From Eledone cirrhosa (lineage: Eukaryota): a stretch of 64,000 bases of DNA. Below are positions 39,501 through 58,428 of the stretch, piece by piece. Below the pieces are notes generated by a model. The model saw only the letters and a list, made by a program, of their open reading frames with translations. It was not told the DNA's origin and did no database searches. The stretch covers positions 69,780 through 133,779 of the forward strand of contig CAXHJY010000739.1 of the NCBI GenBank assembly GCA_964016885.1, given 5' to 3'. The first letter of the stretch is position 1, and each line of letters begins with the position of its first letter. The position numbers and the translations under genes were made by a program.

Positions 39501-41044
39501 AAAAAACGAATAATTTACAACGGCTTTAAAGCCATATTCGTTCAAAACAAAGATTTCATTCGAAAAACAAATTTCACCTTCAAAATTCTAACCAAAACTA
39601 CCAACTAACTACCCTTAAAATTAAAAAGAAATGTTTCAGATTTAATTCATTGATATATATGCGGAAGCCCAGAATTTCACGAAAGCCTCTTTGAGAAATA
39701 CTGTCTGTTAATTTAATCTCATCAATGTTGTGATTTTGTATAAACAGTAGTTAAAACTTGACCGTTTTAAATATCCCAACTTTTGCTATCAAACACTAAA
39801 ACGATCTCAATAACTAGACGATGATTACAGTAATGATGATGCTAGTTCGAGAAGTTAATCTTTGTGACTAAGACATTAAAAACAAATCCCACTAAACATC
39901 TGTCAAGAGAAAGCATGCACGTGTGTGTGTGTGTGAAAACTTTAAGAGTACTGCAATCGCTTGTCATATTATAGAGTTTGATGCACTTTTAGGCTACGTC
40001 CAGCCACACAAACCTGTAACATATAATGAATAATGAGTGTGCTTTGAAGGTTTCTTTAAGTAGGGAAAGGCCTTGCACTCGACTAATCCCACTCTCTGAG
40101 CATCGAAAAGACTACCCGAAAAGGAGAACTTGTCAACATCATGTGTGTATATATATATGTGTGTGTGTGTGTATATATATATATGCATGTATGTATATTT
40201 ATGCGCGCGCATATGTATATATATATATATTATGTGCTACTGGTAACATGTAACCCAGTACAACCTGTGCATCAAGCTTGCTTGGTGAGGAGTGTGATTT
40301 TGGATACCTGTAAGATGAACAAGAGCTGTCAAAGGGCAGAGGAACTCGGGAGCGACAACGGCCATCCAATAAAGTTTTTTTTTGTTTTTTTTTTGTGGAG
40401 TGAGTGACTCCTAGTCTTCATTAATAATCTCTCTAGGAGAAGTTTACTCTGATATAAAACTGCGACTTCATTTGCATCCAATGATGGAGACCAGTTCTTC
40501 TTTTTGGGCAAATGCATTTGTTCAAAGAGTGGGATAGGCTCCATGCAAAGCCTTTCCTCACATAAAAAAAGCTTCAAACCCAAGCATTGTTTGATATGAC
40601 ATTTTTTGCAATGCATAGTATTGCTGGCCATAGGCAAGTCCCTAGCAGGACTAAAAAACCTCGTATCAAGCGATGGCATTACTCGAAATCTAGTTGCATC
40701 CATCATATATGTATATATAATGTATATATGTATGTATACATATGTATGTATACATATGTATGTGTATATATATATGTATGTATATATGTATGTATGTATA
40801 TATATATATGTATGTATGTATATATGTATGTATGTATGTATATATATATATGTATGTATATATATATGTATGTATGTATAATATATAAGAACAAAAGATG
40901 GTTAAAAGAGTTCCATGTATTTTATTATGCGCATTTCAAAAACAAATATCATCATGCAATAATATTTGTGTTTTCATCAGAAAAAGCAGGAAGACATGAT
41001 ATGAAGATTAAAAAACACTTGTGGATAGTTCAGTTTTAAATGAA

Positions 41045-48391
<7,347 letters not shown>

Positions 48392-48600
48392 ATATAAGTA
48401 TGTACACGTACATACATATATGTATACCGACGTACAGTAGTATGTATATATATATATATACATACATGCACACATATATACATGCACGTATGGATTCACC
48501 GAACATTTATTATAATGCTCGGTGTGTTTGTAAACAAACATCCCGTATTAAGCCGTAGTGTCTAGCAACCACCGTTGCTCGTTTGTTCAACACTGACAAA

Positions 48601-48656
48601 GGAACGCTGTACTAGTTTCAAGCTTGTTCAGCTATCGTCAGCAACGTATACCTTCC
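48601..48656 (-). ncRNA. Type I hammerhead ribozyme (representative of 4 minus-strand copies at ~48600, 49025, 49450, 49875)
   Basis: Reverse complement of the motif above: GGAACGCTGTACTAGTTTCAAGCTTGTT(C)AGCTATCGTCAGCAACGTATACCTTCC. Confidence 0.8.
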
Positions 48657-50313
48657 TGCCAGATTGTTGAACGTATATACTTACCTTATGCATATTAACG
48701 GCTGAGTAGCCCAATATGCATATCGAGTGGGTTAATCGGCCGGGTGCACCGAAAACGATAAACGGAAAAAATGAAACGATATTTCATTTCCCACTCTTAG
48801 TACGGTCGTTACTTAAATATAAGTATGTACACGTACATACATATATGTATACCGACGTACAGTAGTATGTATATATATATATATACATACATGCACACAT
48901 ATATACATGCACGTATGGATTCACCGAACATTTATTATAATGCTCGGTGTGTTTGTAAACAAACATCCCGTATTAAGCCGTAGTGTCTAGCAACCACCGT
49001 TGCTCGTTTGTTCAACACTGACAAAGGAACGCTGTACTAGTTTCAAGCTTGTTAGCTATCGTCAGCAACGTATACCTTCCTGCCAGATTGTTGAACGTAT
49101 ATACTTACCTTATGCATATTAACGGCTGAGTAGCCCAATATGCATATCGAGTGGGTTAATCGGCCGGGTGCACCGAAAACGATAAACGGAAAAAATGAAA
49201 CGATATTTCATTTCCCACTCTTAGTACGGCTGTTACTTAAATATAAGTATGTACACGTACATACATATATGTATACCGACGTACAGTAGTATGTATATAT
49301 ATATATATACATACATGCACACATATATACATGCACGTATGGATTCACCGAACATTTATTATAATGCTCGGTTGTGTTTGTAAACAAACATCCGTATTAA
49401 GCCGTAGTGTCTAGCAACCACCGTTGCTCGTTTGTTCAACACTGACCAAAGGAACGCTGTACTAGTTTCAAGCTTGTTAGCTATCGTCAGCACGTATACC
49501 TTCCTGCCAGATTGTTGAACGTATATACTTACCTTATGCATATTAACGGCTGAGTAGCCCAATATGCATATCGAGTGGGTTAATCGGCCGGGTGCACCGA
49601 AAACGATTAAACGGAAAAAATGAAACGATATTTCATTTCCCACTCTTAGTACGGCTGTTACTTAAATATAAGTATGTACACGTACATACATATATGTATA
49701 CCGACGTACAGTAGTATGTATATATATATATATACATACATGCACACATATATACATGCACGTATGGATTCACCGAACATTTATTATAATGCTCGGTGTG
49801 TTTGTAAACAAACATCCCGTATTAAGCCGTAGTGTCTAGCAACCACCGTTGCTCGTTTGTTCAACACTGACAAAGGAACGCTGTACTAGTTTCAAGCTTG
49901 TTAGCTATCGTCAGCAACGTATACCTTCCTGCCAGATTGTTGAACGTATATACTTACCTTATGCATATTAACGGCTGGTTGCTAGACACTACGGCTTAAT
50001 ACGGGATGTTTGTTTACAAACACACCGAGCATTATAATAAATGTTCGGTGAATCCATACGTGCATGTATATATGTGTGCATGTATGTATATATATATATA
50101 TACATACTACTGTACGTCGGTATACATATATGTATGTACGTGTACATACTTATATTTAAGTAACAGCCGTACTAAGAGTGGGAAATGAAATATCGTTTCA
50201 TTTTTTCGTTTATCGTTTTCGGTGCACCCGGCCGATTACCCACTCGATATGCATATTGGGCTACTCAGCCGTTAATATGCATAAGGTAAGTATATACGTT
50301 CAACAATCTGGCA

Positions 50314-50368
50314 GGAAGGTATACGTTGCTGACGATAGCTAACAAGCTTGAAACTAGTACAGCGTTCC
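50314..50368 (+). ncRNA. Type I hammerhead ribozyme (representative; 12 plus-strand copies every ~424 bp up to ~55035)
   Basis: Stem I CGUUG (50324-28)/CAGCG (50360-64) extended by GGAA/UUCC across a bulge; core CUGACGA (50329-35); stem II AGCU-aaca-AGCU; GAAA (50350-53); stem III AC-ua-GU; predicted cleavage after GUA at 50359. Confidence 0.85.
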
Positions 50369-53300
50369 TTTGTCAGTGTTGAACAAACGAGCAACGTGGT
50401 TGCTAGACACTACGGCTTAATACGGGATGTTTGTTTACAAACACACCGAGCATTATAATAAATGTTCGGTGAATCCATACGTGCATGTATATATGTGTGC
50501 ATGTATGTATATATATATATATACATACTACTGTACGTCGGTATACATATATGTATGTACGTGTACATACTTATATTTAAGTAACAGCCGTACTAAGAGT
50601 GGGAAATGAAATATCGTTTCATTTTTTCCGTTTATCGTTTTCGGTGCACCCGGCCGATTAACCCACTCGATATGCATATTGGGCTACTCAGCCGTTAATA
50701 TGCATAAGGTAAGTATATACGTTCAACAATCTGGCAGGAAGGTATACGTTGCTGACGATAGCTAACAAGCTTGAAACTAGTACAGCGTTCCTTTGTCAGT
50801 GTTGAACAAACGAGCAACGGTGGTTGCTAGACACTACGGCTTAATACGGGATGTTTGTTTACAAACACACCGAGCATTATAATAAATGTTCGGTGAATCC
50901 ATACGTGCATGTATATATGTGTGCATGTATGTATATATATATATATACATACTACTGTACGTCGGTATACATATATGTATGTACGTGTACATACTTATAT
51001 TTAAGTAACAGCCGTACTAAGAGTGGGAAATGAAATATCGTTTCATTTTTTCCGTTTATCGTTTTCGGTGCACCCGGCCGATTAACCCACTCGATATGCA
51101 TATTGGGCTACTCAGCCGTTAATATGCATAAGGTAAGTATATACGTTCAACAATCTGGCAGGAAGGTATACGTTGCTGACGATAGCTAACAAGCTTGAAA
51201 CTAGTACAGCGTTCCTTTGTCAGTGTTGAACAAACGAGCAACGGTGGTTGCTAGACACTACGGCTTAATACGGGATGTTTGTTTACAAACACACCGAGCA
51301 TTATAATAAATGTTCGGTGAATCCATACGTGCATGTATATATGTGTGCATGTATGTATATATATATATATACATACTACTGTACGTCGGTATACATATAT
51401 GTATGTACGTGTACATACTTATATTTAAGTAACAGCCGTACTAAGAGTGGGAAATGAAATATCGTTTCATTTTTTCCGTTTATCGTTTTCGGTGCACCCG
51501 GCCGATTAACCCACTCGATATGCATATTGGGCTACTCAGCCGTTAATATGCATAAGGTAAGTATATACGTTCAACAATCTGGCAGGAAGGTATACGTTGC
51601 TGACGATAGCTAACAAGCTTGAAACTAGTACAGCGTTCCTTTGTCAGTGGTTGAACAAACGAGCAACGGGTGGTTGCTAGACACTACGGCTTAATACGGG
51701 ATGTTTGTTTACAAACACACCGAGCATTATAATAAATGTTCGGTGAATCCATACGTGCATGTATATATGTGTGCATGTATGTATATATATATATATACAT
51801 ACTACTGTACGTCGGTATACATATATGTATGTACGTGTACATACTTATATTTAAGTAACAGCCGTACTAAGAGTGGGAAATGAAATATCGTTTCATTTTT
51901 TCCGTTTATCGTTTTCGGTGCACCCGGCCGATTAACCCACTCGATATGCATATTGGGCTACTCAGCCGTTAATATCGCATAAGGTAAGTATATACGTTCA
52001 ACAATCTGGCAGGAAGGTATACGTTGCTGACGATAGCTAACAAGCTTGAAACTAGTACAGCGTTCCTTTGTCAGTGTTGAACAAACGAGCAACGGTGGTT
52101 GCTAGACACTACGGCTTAATACGGGATGTTTGTTTACAAACACACCGAGCATTATAATAAATGTTCGGTGAATCCATACGTGCATGTATATATGTGTGCA
52201 TGTATGTATATATATATATATACATACTACTGTACGTCGGTATACATATATGTAGTACGTGTACATACTTATATTTAAGTAACAGCCGTACTAAGAGTGG
52301 GAAATGAAATATCGTTTCATTTTTTCCGTTTATCGTTTTCCGGTGCACCGGCCGATTAACCCACTCGATATGCATATTGGGCTACTCAGCCGTTAATATG
52401 CATAAGGTAAGTATATACGTTCAACAATCTGGCAGGAAGGTATACGTTGCTGACGATAGCTAACAAGCTTGAAACTAGTACAGCGTTCCTTTGTCAGTGT
52501 TGAACAAACGAGCAACGGTGGTTGCTAGACACTACGGCTTAATACGGGATGTTTGTTTACAAACACACCGAGCATTATAATAAATGTTCGGTGAATCCAT
52601 ACGTGCATGTATATATGTGTGCATGTATGTATATATATATATATACATACTACTGTACGTCGGTATACATATATGTATGTACGTGTACATACTTATATTT
52701 AAGTAACAGCCGTACTAAGAGTGGGAAATGAAATATCGTTTCATTTTTTCCGTTTATCGTTTTCGGTGCACCCCGGCCGATTAACCCACTCGATATGCAT
52801 ATTGGGCTACTCAGCCGTTAATATGCATAAGGTAAGTATATACGTTCAACAATCTGGCAGGAAGGTATACGTTGCTGACGATAGCTAACAAGCTTGAAAC
52901 TAGTACAGCGTTCCTTTGTCAGTGTTGAACAAACGAGCAACGGTGGTTGCTAGACACTACGGCTTAATACGGGATGTTTGTTTACAAACACACCGAGCAT
53001 TATAATAAATGTTCGGTGAATCCATACGTGCATGTATATATGTGTGCATGTATGTATATATATATATATACATACTACTGTACGTCGGTATACATATATG
53101 TATGTACGTGTACATACTTATATTTAAGTAACAGCCGTACTAAGAGTGGGAAATGAATATCGTTTCATTTTTTTCCGTTTATCGTTTTCGGTGCACCCGG
53201 CCGATTAACCCACTCGATATGCATATTGGGCTACTCAGCCGTTAATATGCATAAGGTAAGTATATACGTTCAACAATCTGGCAGGAAGGTATACGTTGCT

Positions 53301-55299
53301 GACGATAGCTAACAAGCTTGAAACTAGTACAGCGTTCCTTTGTCAGTGTTGAACAAACGAGCAACGGTGGTTGCTAGACACTACGGCTTAATACGGGATG
53401 TTTGTTTACAAACACACCGAGCATTATAATAAATGTTCGGTGAATCCATACGTGCATGTATATATGTGTGCATGTATGTATATATATATATATACATACT
53501 ACTGTACGTCGGTATACATATATGTATGTACGTGTACATACTTATATTTAAGTAACAGCCGTACTAAGAGTGGGAAATGAAATATCGTTTCATTTTTTCC
53601 GTTTATCGTTTTCGGGTGCACCCGGCCGATTAACCCACTCGATATGCATATTGGGCTACTCAGCCGTTAATATGCATAAGGTAAGTATATACGTTCAACA
53701 ATCTGGCAGGAAGGTATACGTTGCTGACGATAGCTAACAAGCTTGAAACTAGTACAGCGTTCCTTTGTCAGTGTTGAACAAACGAGCAAACGGTGGTTGC
53801 TAGACACTACGGCTTAATACGGGATGTTTGTTTACAAACACACCGAGCATTATAATAAATGTTCGGTGAATCCATACGGGCATGTATATATGTGTGCATG
53901 TATGTATATATATATATATACATACTACTGTACGTCGGTATACATATATGTATGTACGTGTACATACTTATATTTAAGTAACAGCCGTACTAAGAGTGGG
54001 AAACTGAAATATCGTTTCATTTTTTCCGTTTATCGTTTTCGGTGCACCCGGCCGATTAACCCCACTCGATATGCATATTGGGCTACTCAGCCGTTAATAT
54101 GCATAAGGTAAGTATATCGTTCAACAATCTGGCAGGAAGGTATACGTTGCTGACGATAGCTTAACAAGCTTGAAACTAGTACAGCGTTCCTTTGTCAGTG
54201 TTGAACAAACGAGCAACGGTGGTTGCTAGGACACTACGGCTTAATACGGGATGTTTGTTTACAAACACACCGAGCATTATAATAAATGTTCGGTGATACG
54301 TGCATGTATATATGTGTGCATGTATGTATATATATATATATACATACTACTGTACGTCGGTATACATATATGTATGTACGTGTACATACTTATATTTAAG
54401 TAACAGCCGTACTAAGAGTGGGAAATGAAATATCGTTTCATTTTTTCCGTTTATCGTTTTCGGTGCACCCGGCCGATTAACCCACTCGATATGCATATTG
54501 GGCTACTCAGCCGTTAATATGCATAAGGTAAGTATATACGTTCAACAATCTGGCAGGAAGGTATACGTTGCTGACGATAGCTAACAAGCTTGAAACTAGT
54601 ACAGCGTTCCTTTGTCAGTGTTGAACAAACGAGCAACGGTGGTTGCTAGACACTACGGCTTAATACGGGATGTTTGTTTACAAACACACCGAGCATTATA
54701 ATAAATGTTCGGTGAATCCATACGTGCATGTATATATGTGTGCATGTATGTATATATATATATATACATACTACTGTACGTCGGTATACATATATGTATG
54801 TACGTGTACATACTTATATTTAAGTAACAGCCGTACTAAGAGTGGGAAATGAAATATCGTTTCATTTTTTCCGTTTATCGTTTTCGGTGCACCCGGCCGA
54901 TTAACCCACTCGATATGCATATTGGGCTACTCAGCCGTTAATATGCATAAGGTAAGTATATACGTTCAACAATCTGGCAGGAAGGTATACGTTGCTGACG
55001 ATAGCTAACAAGCTTGAAACTAGTACAGCGTTCCTTTGTCAGTGTTGAACAAACGAGCAACGGTGGTTGCTAGACACTACGGCTTAATACGGGATGTTTG
55101 TTTACAAACACACCGAGCATTATAATAAATGTTCGGTGAATCCATACGTGCATGTATATATGTGTGCATGTATGTATATATATATATATACATACTACTG
55201 TACGTCGGTATACATATATGTATGTACGTGTACATACTTATATTTAAGTAACAGCCGTACTAAGAGTGGGAAATGAAATATCGTTTCATTTTTTCCGTT

Positions 55300-55330
<31 letters not shown>

Positions 55331-55359
55331 ATATATATATATATATATGTATATGTATA

Positions 55360-57776
55360 TTTACTCTTTTACTCTTTTACCTGTTTCAGCCATCCGGCTG
55401 AGGCCATGCTGGGGCACCGCCCTTGTTGCTACACATTTTATCTCCAGCCTGTATAGGTTGGCCACTGGTGTAGGAGGGAGTTTGTTGCTGCTGCCCTTAG
55501 GTTTCCCTCGTGTCTTGCTGTGGGCTCATCCGGGATCCTGGATAACAAGGTGTCGAGATGTTTCTTAAAGACATCCACCTCCACGTCATGCAAGTCTCGC
55601 AGATGCCTCGGCAGCCTGTTGAAGAGTTGAGGGCCCTTGAATCCCAGGCTATTGCAATACCTGCTCCTTATTCTAGATGTGGAAGACGGGACCTTTGGCA
55701 CCACACAGTGACGTCCTGTTCGACGGTTGGTCCAGCTCCCAATGCCAAAGTTTGGTGCTAGTCCCTCCAGGATTTTCCACATGTAGATCACTGCGTATCT
55801 CTCCCGTCTTCGCTCCAAGGAGTAGAGGTTCAGTTCCTTCAGCCTCTCCCAGTAGCTTGTCTCCCTCATCTTGGCAATCCTCTTGGTGTAGCTTCGCTGG
55901 ATTGCCTCAAGCTCTGTGGTTAGTTTGACACTATGGGGTGACCACAGCTGGGAGCAGTAGTCCAGGCGGCTTAGGACAAAAGTCCTCCACAGTGTCAACA
56001 TGGTGTCTCGATCTCTTGTAAGGAAAGTCCTCAAGATCCAGCCAGCGAATCGTCTACATGCTGTCGCCACCTTCATGATGTGTGAAGAAAAAGATGCATC
56101 ATCGCTCATGTCTATGCCCAGGTCTCGTATCGATTTTGACACGGGGATATCGGTCCCTCCTGGTCCTGTGTAGCTGTGTTCCGCTATATTTGTGTTTGTG
56201 TTTGCAGGTTTGTATTGTAGGGCTTGGAATTTGCCAGCATTAAACTGCATGTTGTTTTCTTCCGCCCATCTGTATATGGCATCCAGATCCTGCTGTAAGA
56301 GGGCAGCGTCAGCCGGGTTATTGATTGCCTGTGCTACCTTAGTGTCATCAGCATAGCTAGTGAGGGATGTTGTTGCATGCACCACAGAGGGCATGTCCGA
56401 GAGAGCCACCAAAAACAGTAGTGGTCCCAGGACTGTCCCCTGAGGCACCCCACTTGTTATCGGTGTTTCCCTCGAGAGGGCCCCATTTGCTGCGACTGCC
56501 TGGCTTCTGTCCCTCAGGAAGCCATGCAGCCACTCACCTACTTTTCCAGTTATGCCGAGTCCGTGTAGTTTGTGACATATCATTCCGTGGTCGACCTTGT
56601 CAAAGGCCTTCGCAAAGTCAAGATATATCACGTCTACATGTGAGCTGTCTAGTAGCTGTCTCAGTACCCAGTCGTAGTGATGTAGCAGCTGTGTAAGGCA
56701 GCTTCTTCCTGGGCGGAAGCCATGTTGCGTGCTAGTCAGGCGGTCATTTTCTTCGAGGAAAGTGATTAGTTTCTTTCTGACGACTCGCTCCATGACCTTA
56801 CTGATATGCGACGTCAGGGAGACTGGCCTATAGTTCTTGGCCTCCGCTCTACTACCTCCTTTATGGATAGGGCATATTGTGCCTTCTTTCAGCTCCCTGG
56901 GTAGTACACCGCTAGCCAAGGAGCTTCTGAAGAGCATCTTCAGTGGAGTTGCTAAGGCCCGCTTACATATTTTTAGGAGAACTGCTGGGAATCCATCAGG
57001 TCCAGCAGCCGAGTCTGTTCTAATTTCATCAATGGCGTACACCACATCCTCCTCCGTTATGTCTATGTGGTTGATGGTTGCCATTTCTTGATGTAGTGTT
57101 GTGGCATCAAAGAACTCCTCTGGCTTCGTTATTTGCATGTGCCTCAGTGGACATGTGAAGACACTTTTGTACTGTTCGTTCAGTATTTCACATATCTCTT
57201 GGGGATTTTCGGTTAATGAACCGTCCGTGTGGAAGAGTGGTCCAATCTTGCAGTGTACTGAGGCAGTTTCTTTTGCAAATTTAAAGAAGGCCTTAGGGTT
57301 TGTTTTAATGTTTTCTATGGCCCTGTTCTCTTTCCTTGCCCTCTCATTCTCATGTGAAAGCTTGAGTGCAATCTCGGTGTCAAGTAGTGCACGTTTCAAA
57401 TAGGATTCCTTCTTGTTTTGGTTTTGTTGACTATTCAACTGGTTTGAGAGTTTAGTTCTACGTCTCATAAGGATTTTCCTATCTCTGGGAATAAGATTTT
57501 TGTGTCTGTTTGCCTCTTTCTCCGGGACACACTTTTTGCATATGGTGTGTATCGTTGTCATGAAGTGTTGAAATTGTGTGTTAGTGTCTTGTGTGGCGAT
57601 GTTTGCACTCCATGTTTGCTTCCGGATTTCACTCTTAATCTTCTTCCAGTCAGCCCCGTAGAAGTTAAGGCTGGATAGCGTCCCGGAGCTTCTTGGTGGT
57701 TTTGTCTCTGTTGGTTCTCTTGGACCACATATCATTAGCTCTACCAAGTTATGATCCGAGAGAATTGTTGTATTGT
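55360..57776 (-). mobile_element. CR1-clade LINE, 5'-truncated, RT reading frame intact
   Basis: Open frame from SDHNLV (end of APE) through [48 protein letters not shown] and YADDTK to the stop at 55438. Ends in a (GAGTAAAA)n tail, with (TA)n on both sides. Confidence 0.95.
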
Positions 57777-57799
57777 ATACATATATATATATATATATG

Positions 57800-57844
<45 letters not shown>

Positions 57845-57867
57845 ATATATATATATATATGTATATG

Positions 57868-57899
<32 letters not shown>

Positions 57900-57907
57900 T
57901 GTATATG

Positions 57908-57939
<32 letters not shown>

Positions 57940-57947
57940 TGTATATG

Positions 57948-57994
<47 letters not shown>

Positions 57995-57995
57995 G

Positions 57996-58030
<35 letters not shown>

Positions 58031-58043
58031 GTATATATATATG

Positions 58044-58074
<31 letters not shown>

Positions 58075-58075
58075 G

Positions 58076-58110
<35 letters not shown>

Positions 58111-58123
58111 GTATATATATATG

Positions 58124-58154
<31 letters not shown>

Positions 58155-58167
58155 GTATATATATATG

Positions 58168-58198
<31 letters not shown>

Positions 58199-58199
58199 G

Positions 58200-58230
<31 letters not shown>

Positions 58231-58274
58231 GTATATATGTATGTATATATATATGTATATATATATGTATATAC

Positions 58275-58305
<31 letters not shown>

Positions 58306-58375
58306 TATATATATGTATATATATATGTATATACATATATATATATATATGTATATATATATGTATATATATATG

Positions 58376-58428
<53 letters not shown>
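57777..58428. repeat. (TA)n/(TATG) microsatellite
   Basis: Direct reading. Confidence 0.95.

Larger units (their letters stand above)
48392..55302. mobile_element. Tandem array of 424-bp hammerhead-containing units (non-LTR retrozyme-like): ~3.7 units on minus, then ~12.5 units on plus
   Basis: Period of 423-426 bp (recurring 60-aa ORF starts at 50006, 50427, 50851, 51275 and onward), near-identical copies, orientation switch at 49976-49977, one hammerhead motif per unit. Confidence 0.9.

Noticed and set aside
40329-40706. 125-aa minus ORF with a Cys cluster (HCKKCH..C..LC..LC)
   Set aside because: Begins at a microsatellite edge, has no clear splice sites, and I cannot recognise a family; left unannotated.
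50006-50188. Repeated 60-aa [13 protein letters not shown]... in each 424-bp unit
   Set aside because: Short, partly encoded by TA-like palindromic repeats, no recognisable domain; the RNA structure explains the unit better.
50282-50292. AAG|GTAAGT donor in each unit suggesting a spliced-leader RNA gene array
   Set aside because: No Sm-binding site at the expected distance, and the downstream sequence is fully accounted for by the hammerhead fold.
48392-55302. CRISPR array, 5S rRNA/snRNA or tRNA tandem cluster
   Set aside because: No unique spacers, eukaryotic context, and no recognisable 5S, U-snRNA or tRNA sequence in the unit.
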